Source of the DNA: Clostridia bacterium
Lineage (GTDB): Bacteria > Bacillota > Peptococcia > DRI-13 > SV3-B141
Assembly (NCBI GenBank): GCA_018433015.1
Contig: JAHDSB010000027.1
Coordinates: 46,380 to 110,379 of the forward strand
Length of the DNA stretch: 64,000 nucleotides
Direction: 5' to 3'
Both the position numbers and the translations under genes were made by a program. Of the stretch, positions 36,700 to 45,596 are shown piece by piece. The first letter of the stretch is position 1. The number at the start of each line of letters is the position of its first letter. The notes below the pieces were generated by a model. That model was not told where the DNA came from. It did not search any database and saw only the letters and a list, made by a program, of their open reading frames with translations.

Positions 36700-38064
36700 A
36701 TGAGAAAAATAACGTCCAGATCGGCTCTAATATATATCGTTTTAACATCCTTAACTTTTTTGGTTTTATATGAACTTACAGTTCGGTTCTCGCATAAATG
36801 GTATTATTGGCCTGTATGTATAGGTATATATGTTTTTAGTGTTTTGGTGTTTATTTTTTGGATAGATTATCAGACTAAGCTAATAGTAAAGCTTAGTGAA
36901 ATGGCTAGGACTTTTGCGAAAGGTCATATAACTCCCATACCTTTTATCGCCAATGATGATGAAATTGGGGAATTGAGTGAGTCTATGCAAATTATGGCGG
37001 AAAACTTAAACAAACATTTGCAACAAACTCTGGAAGAAAGGGATAGAATTGAAACTATCCTGGCTAGCATGGCCGAAGGTGTCCTAGCTTTTGATGGTGA
37101 AGGTAAACTTATAATGATGAATAAAACTGCTGCAGAAATGCTTAAAGTTACTTGGGAAGAAGTTGCTCAGCGTTATTTTTTAGAAGTCCTGAGAAATCAC
37201 AATTTAGCAGGTTTACTAAAAACGGGGTTGACTGACACAAAAAAGCAAGTAATGGAAATTAAACTGTTTCCTACAAGCCAGGAGTTTTATCGCGTTTACA
37301 TTACTCCTATTATTAGTAAAGATAGCGATATACACGGGGTGGTAATGGTTTTAAGAAACATAACAAAAATGAGGCTTTTGGAACAGATGCGCAGTGAATT
37401 TGTCTCTAATGTTTCCCATGAATTGCGGACTCCTCTTACTTCGATAAAAGGTTATGTAGAAACTCTTTTAGATGGGGCTATGGAAAATAAAGAACTTTCT
37501 TTGAAATTTTTAGAAATCATAAACAATGAAGCGGACCGTTTGAACAGGCTTATCAGCGATTTACTATATTTATCTTCTTTAGAAACGGGACGAATGGAAG
37601 TTGCCAAAAAGAAATTTAATGCTCAACAATTTGTAGAAAAAGTTGTTAATATAATAGAACCGGTTGCCAAGAAGAAAAATGTTACAATTGAAACAAAACT
37701 TCATCCATCTATTACTGAAATATGTGGCAATCAGGATATGTTAGAACAAGTCCTGATTAATTTGTTGGATAATGCTGTAAAATATTCCCACGCAAGGGGA
37801 AAGATCAAGTTAGAAATGGGTATGCATGAACAAGGAGTTTTTCTTAAAGTTAGCGATAATGGTATCGGTATTCCAGCTGAAAGTTTACCCCGTCTTTTTG
37901 AGCGTTTTTATCGTGTAGATAAAGCACGCTCCCGACAAGTAGGAGGCACGGGCTTAGGTTTATCTATTGTCAAGCATATTGTGGAGAGACATAGAGGGCA
38001 GATTCAAGTAGAATCTGAAGAACAACAAGGTACAACATTTACAGTAATTTTACCGAACTCCTAG
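36700..38064 (+). CDS. phoR: Sensor histidine kinase (PhoR-like: TM-HAMP-PAS-HisKA-HATPase)
   Basis: H-box FVSNVSHELRTPLTSIKGY, N box LLDNAVKYS, G boxes DNGIGIP and GGTGLGLSIVKHIV. Confidence 0.8.
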   Translation: MRKITSRSALIYIVLTSLTFLVLYELTVRFSHKWYYWPVCIGIYVFSVLVFIFWIDYQTKLIVKLSEMARTFAKGHITPIPFIANDDEIGELSESMQIMAENLNKHLQQTLEERDRIETILASMAEGVLAFDGEGKLIMMNKTAAEMLKVTWEEVAQRYFLEVLRNHNLAGLLKTGLTDTKKQVMEIKLFPTSQEFYRVYITPIISKDSDIHGVVMVLRNITKMRLLEQMRSEFVSNVSHELRTPLTSIKGYVETLLDGAMENKELSLKFLEIINNEADRLNRLISDLLYLSSLETGRMEVAKKKFNAQQFVEKVVNIIEPVAKKKNVTIETKLHPSITEICGNQDMLEQVLINLLDNAVKYSHARGKIKLEMGMHEQGVFLKVSDNGIGIPAESLPRLFERFYRVDKARSRQVGGTGLGLSIVKHIVERHRGQIQVESEEQQGTTFTVILPNS

Positions 38065-38068
38065 ATAA

Positions 38069-38122
38069 TTAACGATAAATTTACTTGGAATTAAAGTAGA
38101 AAAGTAGTTATATCGTTATAAT
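38069..38122 (+). promoter_or_regulatory. Pho-box-like direct repeats (TTAACG, TTTACT, TTAAAG at 11-bp phasing) followed by TATAAT (38117-38122)
   Basis: Hexamers at 38069, 38080 and 38091 are separated by 5-nt spacers and resemble the PhoP TT(A/T/C)ACA repeat consensus. They occupy the place of a -35 element upstream of pstB. Confidence 0.45.
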
Positions 38123-38157
38123 TAAAAGAGTACAAAGAAGGGAGTGGAATTAAGATA

Positions 38158-38919
38158 ATGAAGGCTGGAAACAAGGTGGAAGTTAAGAATTTAAACCTTT
38201 ATTATGGCGATCATCATGCTTTGAAAGATATAAAATTAAAAATAAAATCTCATAGTGTAACTGCATTTATAGGACCTTCCGGCTGTGGTAAGTCCACTTT
38301 TTTACGTACTCTTAATAGAATGAATGATCTCATCGAAGGAGTTAAAATAACGGGTGAAGTTTGTATTGATGAGAAAAATATCTATGACGATTCCCTGGAT
38401 GTAGTAGCTTTGCGCAAGCGAGTAGGTATGGTATTTCAACGACCTAACCCTTTTCCAATGTCCATATATGACAATATTGCATATGGTCCACGGGTACATG
38501 GAATAAAGAAAAAAAATATTCTTGATGGTATTGTAGAGAAAAGTTTGTGCCAATCAGCTCTGTGGGAAGAGGTAAAGGATCGACTCCATAAGCCGGCCTT
38601 AGGGCTTTCAGGGGGACAACAACAGCGCTTGTGTATAGCACGCGTCTTAGCAGTAGAGCCGGATATATTATTAATGGATGAGCCAACTTCCGCTCTTGAT
38701 CCCATCTCTACGCTAAAAATTGAAGAACTAGTCCAAGAACTTAAAAAATATTTTACAATTGCTATTGTTACCCATAATATGCAACAAGCGGCCCGGATTT
38801 CTGATGATACTGCTTATTTCTTAAATGGAGAAATAATTGAGCATAATGATACAGAGGTGATTTTCACAAATCCCCAAGATAAAAGGACGGAAGATTACAT
38901 TACAGGAAGATTTGGCTAA
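38158..38919 (+). CDS. pstB: Phosphate ABC transporter ATP-binding protein PstB
   Basis: Walker [10 protein letters not shown], signature LSGGQQQRL, Walker [12 protein letters not shown]. The full-length pattern is typical of PstB (LNLYYG...[20 protein letters not shown]). Confidence 0.9.
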   Translation: MKAGNKVEVKNLNLYYGDHHALKDIKLKIKSHSVTAFIGPSGCGKSTFLRTLNRMNDLIEGVKITGEVCIDEKNIYDDSLDVVALRKRVGMVFQRPNPFPMSIYDNIAYGPRVHGIKKKNILDGIVEKSLCQSALWEEVKDRLHKPALGLSGGQQQRLCIARVLAVEPDILLMDEPTSALDPISTLKIEELVQELKKYFTIAIVTHNMQQAARISDDTAYFLNGEIIEHNDTEVIFTNPQDKRTEDYITGRFG

Positions 38920-38952
38920 AAATTCAAATGGGGGGACATAGGAGGTGGTTTT

Positions 38953-39606
38953 ATGAGAGAGAGTTTCGAAGAAGAGTTGAAAAGCTTACAGCAGGATATT
39001 TTACAGATGGGAAGTCTGGTAGAAAGTATGCTGGCTAAAGCTGTAGAATCTTTAAAAAATCAAGATAGTAAGCTGGCACAAGAAGTAATTAAAATGGAAG
39101 AAGATATCGATAGGCAAGAAAAACTAATAGAACAAAACTGCTTACGTCTAATTGCAACCCAACAGCCCTTGGCTAAGGATCTAAGAAAGATAGTCGCAGG
39201 ATTTAAGATTATAACTGATTTGGAAAGAATGGCTGACTATTGTGAAGATATTGCTAACATTACCTTGCGGTTAGCGGATAAACCGCTAATAAAACCTTTA
39301 ATTGACCTTCCCCGGATGAGTGCCATAACTCAGAAGATGGTTAAATCAGCTTTAGATTCTTATGTATATGAGGATGTTGAATTAGCTTATAAAATGTGTA
39401 AAAATGATGATACAGTAGATCATATCTATGCCCAGATTTTTCGAGAACTATTAACTTATATGATGGAAGATCCTAAAACAATTAGCCAGGCTACCAGCCT
39501 TTTATTTACAGGGCGCTACATTGAAAGGATAGCCGATCATGCCACTAATATTGGGGAGCGAGTAATTTATTTAGTAACAGGGGAAAAAAAGGAATTAAAT
39601 GATTAA
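38953..39606 (+). CDS. phoU: Phosphate signalling complex protein PhoU
   Basis: 217 aa with two PhoU repeats (DLERMADYCEDIA and YIERIADHATNIGE). Confidence 0.9.
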   Translation: MRESFEEELKSLQQDILQMGSLVESMLAKAVESLKNQDSKLAQEVIKMEEDIDRQEKLIEQNCLRLIATQQPLAKDLRKIVAGFKIITDLERMADYCEDIANITLRLADKPLIKPLIDLPRMSAITQKMVKSALDSYVYEDVELAYKMCKNDDTVDHIYAQIFRELLTYMMEDPKTISQATSLLFTGRYIERIADHATNIGERVIYLVTGEKKELND

Positions 39607-39636
39607 AGCAGGTAACTGGACACCTGCTTTTTTTTT
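39605..39636 (+). terminator. Intrinsic terminator after phoU
   Basis: AAAGCAGGT-8 nt-ACCTGCTTT followed by a T-run. Confidence 0.8.
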
Positions 39637-39747
39637 GTAATAAATTCCTTATTGATTAAAAAAATAATGAGAATGCAGGATTCGTTTATACAATGTAGAA
39701 ATAATGAACGTTAAGGCTTAAAATGAAGGACATAGGCGTGGTAATAA

Positions 39748-40794
39748 ATGAGAAAACAAATTAATGACTTTCCCCCCTATAGCAATAATACAATTGACCT
39801 TAATGAAGCACGGAAACGATCTAAGGGTAATGTGAAAAGGAAAAATAGGCAAAACTTAGTATATAGAAGAATTTTACTGCTTATATTCTTAGTTTTTGTA
39901 GCTTTTATTGGCTGGAAAACTATACATAGCTTGATTTGCCGTCTTTTTGTGGAAGTTATTCCTGTTCAGCATAAGATTGTGGAAGATGTATTAAATACTG
40001 ACTTTCTTGTACTTAGGGATGAAACTTTAATAACGGCACCGGCTTCAGGTCGCTTGGAAATGAATTATAGTGAAGGTGAGAGAGTAGGGAAAAATGCTGT
40101 TGTAGGTTATATTATTAAGACTACCGGTACAAGCCTTCAGAAAGAAGAAAAAATTCCTATTAGAGTACACCAAACAGGGATATTATCTTTCCATGTGGAT
40201 GGCTTTGAAAACCTCTGCCATCCTGAAACATGGGCTCAGGTAGACGTCAGTTTATTTGCGGATTTAGAGAAAAATTTGGCTAAAAAAACAAATAATGTAG
40301 AGAATAACAGCATTGTAAATAAGGGAGATAGTTTATTTAAGATAACAGATAATTTAAGTCCATGTTATTTATATAGTAAAGTAACAGGAATTTACCCTGA
40401 AGAGTGGAAAGAAGATATATTACTATCAATTAAATTGCAGGAGTTTAATAATGAGAAAATCACAGGCAGAATTATAGAATTCGCAAAAAATGATGATGCA
40501 GTCAATATGCTGATAAAAATATCCGGTAGTAAAGGAATAGAAAAATATCGTAGATTACGCGGCGAAATAGTTGTTGAAAAGAATAAAGGTACAATGCTAG
40601 AAAAAAGTGTATTAGTATTGCAACAAGGAGTTCCAGGTGTTTATCTGGTAGAAAAAGGCCGGGCTACTTGGAAAAAGGTGTCTATAATCGAATACTTGGG
40701 AGATAATGTTTTAGTTGATGGATTACAACTAGGGCAGCAGTTAATTCTAACTCCGAGTTTGGTTAAGGAGGGACAAAGGATACTTGCATATTAA
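39748..40794 (+). CDS. Membrane-anchored HlyD/efflux-adaptor-like protein
   Basis: Basic N-terminus, one TM (ILLLIFLVFVAFIGW), a barrel-sandwich-like segment LITAPASGRLEMNYSEGERVGKNAVVGYI, and a C-terminal beta-barrel-like VPGVYLVEKGRATWKKVSI...GLQLGQQLI. Confidence 0.5.
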   Translation: MRKQINDFPPYSNNTIDLNEARKRSKGNVKRKNRQNLVYRRILLLIFLVFVAFIGWKTIHSLICRLFVEVIPVQHKIVEDVLNTDFLVLRDETLITAPASGRLEMNYSEGERVGKNAVVGYIIKTTGTSLQKEEKIPIRVHQTGILSFHVDGFENLCHPETWAQVDVSLFADLEKNLAKKTNNVENNSIVNKGDSLFKITDNLSPCYLYSKVTGIYPEEWKEDILLSIKLQEFNNEKITGRIIEFAKNDDAVNMLIKISGSKGIEKYRRLRGEIVVEKNKGTMLEKSVLVLQQGVPGVYLVEKGRATWKKVSIIEYLGDNVLVDGLQLGQQLILTPSLVKEGQRILAY

Positions 40795-40839
40795 TAACAT
40801 CTATATAATTAGTATTTAGATTCCACGAGGAGGTCAATC

Positions 40840-41529
40840 ATGAATACCATAGCTTTAAATTTACAAGATATAAATGAAGAAATAAAAAAGTGTTGTGATA
40901 AGGTTAAAAGAGATCCGGCTGAGGTCAAGCTTATAGCTGTATCGAAATTTAAACCCGTTGAAGTTATTGAAGATGCTTATAAATTAGGGCATAGAAACTT
41001 TGGGGAGAATAGAGTACAAGAGTTAGTTGATAAAGTACCAGCCTTACCACATGATATTAAATGGCATTTAATTGGCACATTACAGCGTAATAAAGTAAAA
41101 TATATTGTCGATAGTGTTGAATTAATCCATTCAGTACACTCCTTAGCTTTAGCTCGGGAAATTAGCAAACAGGCCAAGAAAAAGAATGTGGATGTTAATA
41201 TTTTGCTACAGGTAAACATTGCTGAGGAAGAGAGTAAACATGGATTTCAAGAAGATCAACTGTTACCAGAGTTAAAAGAGATTGCCAGTCTTGAAGGAAT
41301 TAAAGTAAAAGGATTAATGACGATGGCACCAATAGCAGATGATCCTGAAAAGGTTCGCCCCGTATTCAGAGGTTTAAGATTGCTAGCAGAAAAGATCAAG
41401 GAGTTCAATTACCCTAACGTGGATATGAAAGAGCTCTCTATGGGTATGAGTGATGATTTTAAAGTAGCGATAGAAGAGGGAGCAACCTATGTTAGAATTG
41501 GTAGCCGCATCTTTGGTCCCAGAAATTAA
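40840..41529 (+). CDS. ylmE: YggS/YlmE family pyridoxal-phosphate homeostasis protein
   Basis: VKLIAVSKFKP...FGENRVQE...WHLIGTLQRNK...SMGMSDDF motifs of the YggS family. Confidence 0.9.
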   Translation: MNTIALNLQDINEEIKKCCDKVKRDPAEVKLIAVSKFKPVEVIEDAYKLGHRNFGENRVQELVDKVPALPHDIKWHLIGTLQRNKVKYIVDSVELIHSVHSLALAREISKQAKKKNVDVNILLQVNIAEEESKHGFQEDQLLPELKEIASLEGIKVKGLMTMAPIADDPEKVRPVFRGLRLLAEKIKEFNYPNVDMKELSMGMSDDFKVAIEEGATYVRIGSRIFGPRN

Positions 41530-41544
41530 AAAGGAGGCGAAAAG

Positions 41545-41991
41545 GTGAAGGTTATTGAAAGGTTTTTAGACATTATGGGATTTATTGAAGAAGAAGAAGA
41601 CCTTGATGCAGAAGAAAATATGGATATGGAGATACCCGAGTGGAAAAACCGGAAACCCCGAGGACAGGTAGTACCCTTTGCAAATAAAGGGCAGAATAAA
41701 GTTATTTTAATTGAACCGGAGATCTTTGATGATTGTCAGCATATAGCTGATAATTTGAAAAGCATGCGTACTGTTATAATCAACCTGGAAAACCTTGATG
41801 TTGGTTTAGCTCGACGGATTATAGATTTTGTTGGTGGATCGGCTTATGCTTTAGGAGGGACACTACAAAAAATAGGTACGGGCATAATCATAGCTGTTCC
41901 TAGCAATGTAGATATTTCTGGAGATATTAGTCATATGACCCAACCCAAAGAAGTGTTGGCGTGGATAAAAAAAATTAACGACAATGATTAA
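41545..41991 (+). CDS. sepF: Cell division protein SepF
   Basis: N-terminal amphipathic MKVIERFLDIMGF and a C-terminal DUF552 core (VILIEPEIFDDCQHIADNLKSMRTVIINL). Confidence 0.88.
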   Translation: MKVIERFLDIMGFIEEEEDLDAEENMDMEIPEWKNRKPRGQVVPFANKGQNKVILIEPEIFDDCQHIADNLKSMRTVIINLENLDVGLARRIIDFVGGSAYALGGTLQKIGTGIIIAVPSNVDISGDISHMTQPKEVLAWIKKINDND

Positions 41992-42008
41992 AGGAGGTTG
42001 TTCATGTT

Positions 42009-42806
42009 TTGAAGGTTATAGGATTTATCGGCGGAGGAGCTATGGCAGAAGCAATTATAAAAGGGCTTATCAAAGTTGGGCATGAATCGGATAAAATAAT
42101 TGTTAGTGATAAGTCTGCCCAAAGGCTAAATTATTTACATGATAAATTAGGTGTAACTATAACGGAAAAGAAAGATGAAATATTTACGAAAGCTGAAGTT
42201 ATTATATTGGCTGTTAAACCACAAAATCTCCCGGAAGTAGCAAAAGAAGTGAGTAATGTAATGACCAGTGATCGGCTTATAATATCCATATTAGCAGGAG
42301 TTTCTACGGCTACATTAGAAAAACAACTTCCTTTAGGTGCTAGGATTATCAGAGTCATGCCTAATACACCGGCTCTTGTTGGAGCGGGAACAACAGTATT
42401 AACAGCTGGTACAAAGGCTACAAAAAATGATCTAGAGATAGCTGAAAAGATTTTTCAAGCCGTAGGACATGTTACTGTTTTGCCGGAAAATATGTTAAAT
42501 GCAGTGACTGGTTTGAGCGGTAGTGGACCGGCTTATATCTATCTAGTAATAGAAGCTTTAGCAGATGGAGGTGTTATGGCCGGGCTCACAAGGGATGTGG
42601 CTATGAAGCTGGCAGTAGATACAGTCAAAGGTGCAGCAGAAATGGTAGAAAAACTTGAAATTCATCCCGGGCGTTTGAAGGATATGGTTACTTCGCCTGC
42701 TGGTACTACAATTTACGGAATGATGCAATTAGAGAAAGCCGGTGTCAGAGGAAGCTTCATGGAAGCAGTAGTCAAAGCAGCTGAACGAGCGGAAAACTTG
42801 GCTTAG
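42009..42806 (+). CDS. proC: Pyrroline-5-carboxylate reductase
   Basis: IGFIGGGAMAEAII Rossmann motif and C-terminal TSPAGTT motif. Confidence 0.9.
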   Translation: MKVIGFIGGGAMAEAIIKGLIKVGHESDKIIVSDKSAQRLNYLHDKLGVTITEKKDEIFTKAEVIILAVKPQNLPEVAKEVSNVMTSDRLIISILAGVSTATLEKQLPLGARIIRVMPNTPALVGAGTTVLTAGTKATKNDLEIAEKIFQAVGHVTVLPENMLNAVTGLSGSGPAYIYLVIEALADGGVMAGLTRDVAMKLAVDTVKGAAEMVEKLEIHPGRLKDMVTSPAGTTIYGMMQLEKAGVRGSFMEAVVKAAERAENLA

Positions 42807-42821
42807 GAATTTTAAATAGGA

Positions 42822-43091
42822 GTGTGGAAATTGTATAGAATAATTCCTTATATAAATATGGCTTTTGAAGTATATAACTGGCTGATAATTGTGCGCGTTT
42901 TCTTATCATGGATTCCCCACGATCCTTATCGCCCAGTTTTTCGCTTCATTTATGAAATAACCGAACCGGTTTTAGCTCCCTTTCGTCGCTTAATGGGAGG
43001 ACGAATGATGATTGACTTCTCTCCCATAATTGCTATTATAGTTTTGCAATTTGTAGAAAGACTTATAATTGATATATTAAGGTATTTATAA
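42822..43091 (+). CDS. yggT: YggT family membrane protein
   Basis: 89 aa, two TM helices. YNWLIIVRVFLSW...DPYRPVFRFIYEITEPVLAPFRR is typical of YggT/YlmG. Confidence 0.85.
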   Translation: MWKLYRIIPYINMAFEVYNWLIIVRVFLSWIPHDPYRPVFRFIYEITEPVLAPFRRLMGGRMMIDFSPIIAIIVLQFVERLIIDILRYL

Positions 43092-43094
43092 TAA

Positions 43095-43898
43095 ATGAGT
43101 AAAAGAAAGAGGATTGGATAAAAGCCTTTGAAATCCAGGAGGAAAGAGAATTCGCTGGGAAGTTTTTAGATAAATTGGAAGTAGTAAAAAAGAGGCATAT
43201 AACAGCAATTACTGATTTCCTTACACCGCCTTACCAAGAAATTGCAAAAATTATACTGCAACAATATAGGGAGATAACAAGTTATATATCGGGTGGGAAT
43301 GAATTGGCTGAAAGAAAACGTATCGTCTTAGCCCCTGATTATATCCCATTAAATGAGGAAGATATCAAGATAGATTTGCTAGCGTGTAAAGGTGATTTTA
43401 ATAAAAAAGTGCTGGAAAATCTGAAAATAACTCATCGTGATTTCCTGGGAGCAATATTAGCTTTAGGTATAAAGAGAGAAAAAATCGGAGATATATGGGT
43501 TAATGAGGAAGGATGCGTAGTAGCAGTTGCTGCGGAGCTTAGTAAATACATCTGGTTAGAACCATTAAAGATAAAAGGAGTAACTTGTTCCACAGAAGCC
43601 CTGGCGGGGTGCTTTTAGCCCCCCTGTGAAGCCGGGAAAGATGATTGATACAACGGTATCTTCTTTGCGTTTAGATGCCATAGCAGCCGCGGGGTTTGGT
43701 ACATCTAGATCGGGTATTACAAAAGATATTACGGCGGGTAAGATTAAGGTTAATTGGAGGAGTATTACAAAAATTGATCATATTTTAAAAAAGGGTGATG
43801 TCCTTTCCGGAAAAGGGAGAGGCCGCGTTATATTATGTGATGTTTTTGATAAAACAAGAAAGGGTAGGATTAAAGTTAGCATTCAAAGATTTATTTAA
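43095..43898 (+). pseudogene. ylmH: YlmH-like S4-domain RNA-binding protein, reading frame disrupted
   Basis: The N-terminal and central part (43103-43618, frame 2) and the S4-domain C-terminus (43584-43898, frame 0; TVSSLRLDAIAAAGFGTSRSGITKDITAGKIKVNW) are in different frames that overlap at a G4/T4/C6 homopolymer region. The only ATG (43095) is also out of frame with the central part, near an A-run. Confidence 0.7.
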
Positions 43899-43912
43899 AT
43901 GAGGTGATAATA

Positions 43913-44470
43913 ATGTTAACCCCTTTAGATATACACAACAAAGAATTTAAAAAAAGCTTGCGCGGTTATGAGATGGATGATGTTGACGGTTTTTTGGACC
44001 AGGTAATTAAAGATTTTGAAAATTTATATAAAGAAAACCTAGAATTAAAGGAACAGCTAGAAAAGCAACAAGATACTGTTTTTCAGTATAAAGAGATGGA
44101 AACTACTTTACAAAATACCATGGTCTTAGCGCAAAAAATGGCTGATGAGGCTAAGCACAATGCTAATAAAGAAGCAGAATTAATTATCAGAGAAGCCAAA
44201 CATAAAGCTGACCAGGTAGTGGAAAAGGCCCAAGAAGAAGTTTTAGAGGTTTCCAAAAGGATAGAGAATTTATATACTTTTGAAAAACAATTAATGCTCA
44301 AGTTATCAAATTATTTAAAAACTCAATTAGATTTTATTGATAATTGGCATGGTGAATTTAAACAGCAGGACGAGGGAATAAAATATAGTAACCAGGAAAA
44401 AGAAAAGGAGAAAATTGATGACATCGTGGAATGTGACGGAGACCAAGGACGGTGTTCAATTCAAGGTTAA
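43913..44470 (+). CDS. divIVA: Cell division / polarity protein DivIVA
   Basis: MLTPLDIHNKEFKKSLRGYEMDDVDGFLDQV is the canonical DivIVA N-terminus, followed by a coiled-coil remainder. The ORF is open from 43904. Confidence 0.9.
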   Translation: MLTPLDIHNKEFKKSLRGYEMDDVDGFLDQVIKDFENLYKENLELKEQLEKQQDTVFQYKEMETTLQNTMVLAQKMADEAKHNANKEAELIIREAKHKADQVVEKAQEEVLEVSKRIENLYTFEKQLMLKLSNYLKTQLDFIDNWHGEFKQQDEGIKYSNQEKEKEKIDDIVECDGDQGRCSIQG

Positions 44471-44723
44471 ACTACAGCCAAGAGCCAAAAAAAATGAAAT
44501 ATGTGGCGTTCAGGGTGAAGAAATGAAAGTGAGGTTAACCTCTCCTCCGGTAGAAGGAGAAGCTAATGACGCATTTATTAAATTTTTATCTAAGCGCTTA
44601 AAAATCCCCCGTGCTCATATTAAAATAGTTTCAGGACATACAAATCCTCACAAAATAATTCATATAGAGGGTATAGATAAAACAACACTTATGAAAAATT
44701 TTGATATTATGCTAAATAAATAG
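44418..44723 (+). CDS. DUF167 (YggU) family protein
   Basis: DGVQFKVKLQPRAKKNEICG...VRLTSPPVEGEANDAFIKFLSKRL matches the YggU pattern. AAGGAG lies 7 nt upstream. The start overlaps the divIVA 3' end by 53 nt. Confidence 0.8.
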   Translation: MTSWNVTETKDGVQFKVKLQPRAKKNEICGVQGEEMKVRLTSPPVEGEANDAFIKFLSKRLKIPRAHIKIVSGHTNPHKIIHIEGIDKTTLMKNFDIMLNK

Positions 44724-44731
44724 TAATAATT

Positions 44732-44766
44732 AAAGCTGTTGATAGATGCTATCGACAGCTTTTTTA
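44732..44766 (+). terminator. Intrinsic terminator after the DUF167 gene (end of the ylm/divIVA operon)
   Basis: AAAGCTGTTGATAG-atg-CTATCGACAGCTTT followed by TTT. Confidence 0.8.
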
Positions 44767-44822
44767 CAGGATTTGCATTTCGACTTATGTTTATTTTAAC
44801 TAGAAAAATGGAGGTGGTTTTA

Positions 44823-45593
44823 ATGAAGATTTATGTATTAGCAGATAATCATGCTAGTACTAAATGCAAAGCAGAGTGGGGACTTTCTTTATTTATTGAA
44901 AGCAGTAAAAAAATTCTTTTCGATTTTGGAGCATCTGATCTTTTTTTGCAGAATGCGGAAAAACTTAAACTTAATGTAAATGATGCTGATTATTTTGTAT
45001 TGAGTCACGGACATTGGGACCATGGCAACGGTTTAGCATACTTATCAGATAAAAAGTTAGTTTGTCATCCGGAGGTTTTTCTCAAAAGATATAGCGGTTC
45101 ACGCTATATAGGTCTTCCCTTTTCTTATGATAAGGCTCAGGAGAACTTTGAACTAATTACAAGTACAATCCCTGTTAAAATTGATGAAAATATTACTTAT
45201 TTAGGAGAAATACCTCGCATTACAGAGTTTGAAGGAAAGAATAGTGTATTTAAAAAAGAAGATGGAAGCGTTGATAACATCAGGGATGACTCGGCCTTAG
45301 CAATAACCACGGAGCAAGGCTTAGTTATTATAACAGGTTGTGCCCATGCTGGGATTTGTAACACTATAGAATACGCCAAAACAATAAGCGGAGTTCAAAA
45401 AGTATATGCAGTTATGGGAGGATTTCATTTACAAGGGCAAGATGAAGTAACTAGTAAAACTATTGAGTACTTGAAAGGACAGAAAATACAAAAAATTATG
45501 CCCAGCCATTGTACGGAATTCCCGGCTCTAGCAGAGTTTTATTTGAAGCTGGGAAGTAGTCCTTATAAAGCTGGACAAATAATTGAATTGTAA
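44823..45593 (+). CDS. MBL-fold metallo-hydrolase
   Basis: HxHxDH motif (LSHGHWDHGNG). The ORF is open from 44739, but 44732-44766 is the terminator of the preceding gene and GGAGGTGG precedes ATG 44823. Confidence 0.8.
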   Translation: MKIYVLADNHASTKCKAEWGLSLFIESSKKILFDFGASDLFLQNAEKLKLNVNDADYFVLSHGHWDHGNGLAYLSDKKLVCHPEVFLKRYSGSRYIGLPFSYDKAQENFELITSTIPVKIDENITYLGEIPRITEFEGKNSVFKKEDGSVDNIRDDSALAITTEQGLVIITGCAHAGICNTIEYAKTISGVQKVYAVMGGFHLQGQDEVTSKTIEYLKGQKIQKIMPSHCTEFPALAEFYLKLGSSPYKAGQIIEL

Positions 45594-45596
45594 TTG

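Noticed and set aside
44418-44470. 53-nt overlap between the divIVA 3' end and the DUF167 gene as a possible regulatory feature
   Set aside because: Overlaps of this size occur when a poorly conserved C-terminal tail runs on. The DUF167 start is well supported by its own RBS, so nothing unusual is required.
44739-44822. 5' extension of the MBL hydrolase ORF
   Set aside because: The extension begins inside the terminator hairpin of the preceding operon. GGAGGTGG precedes ATG 44823.
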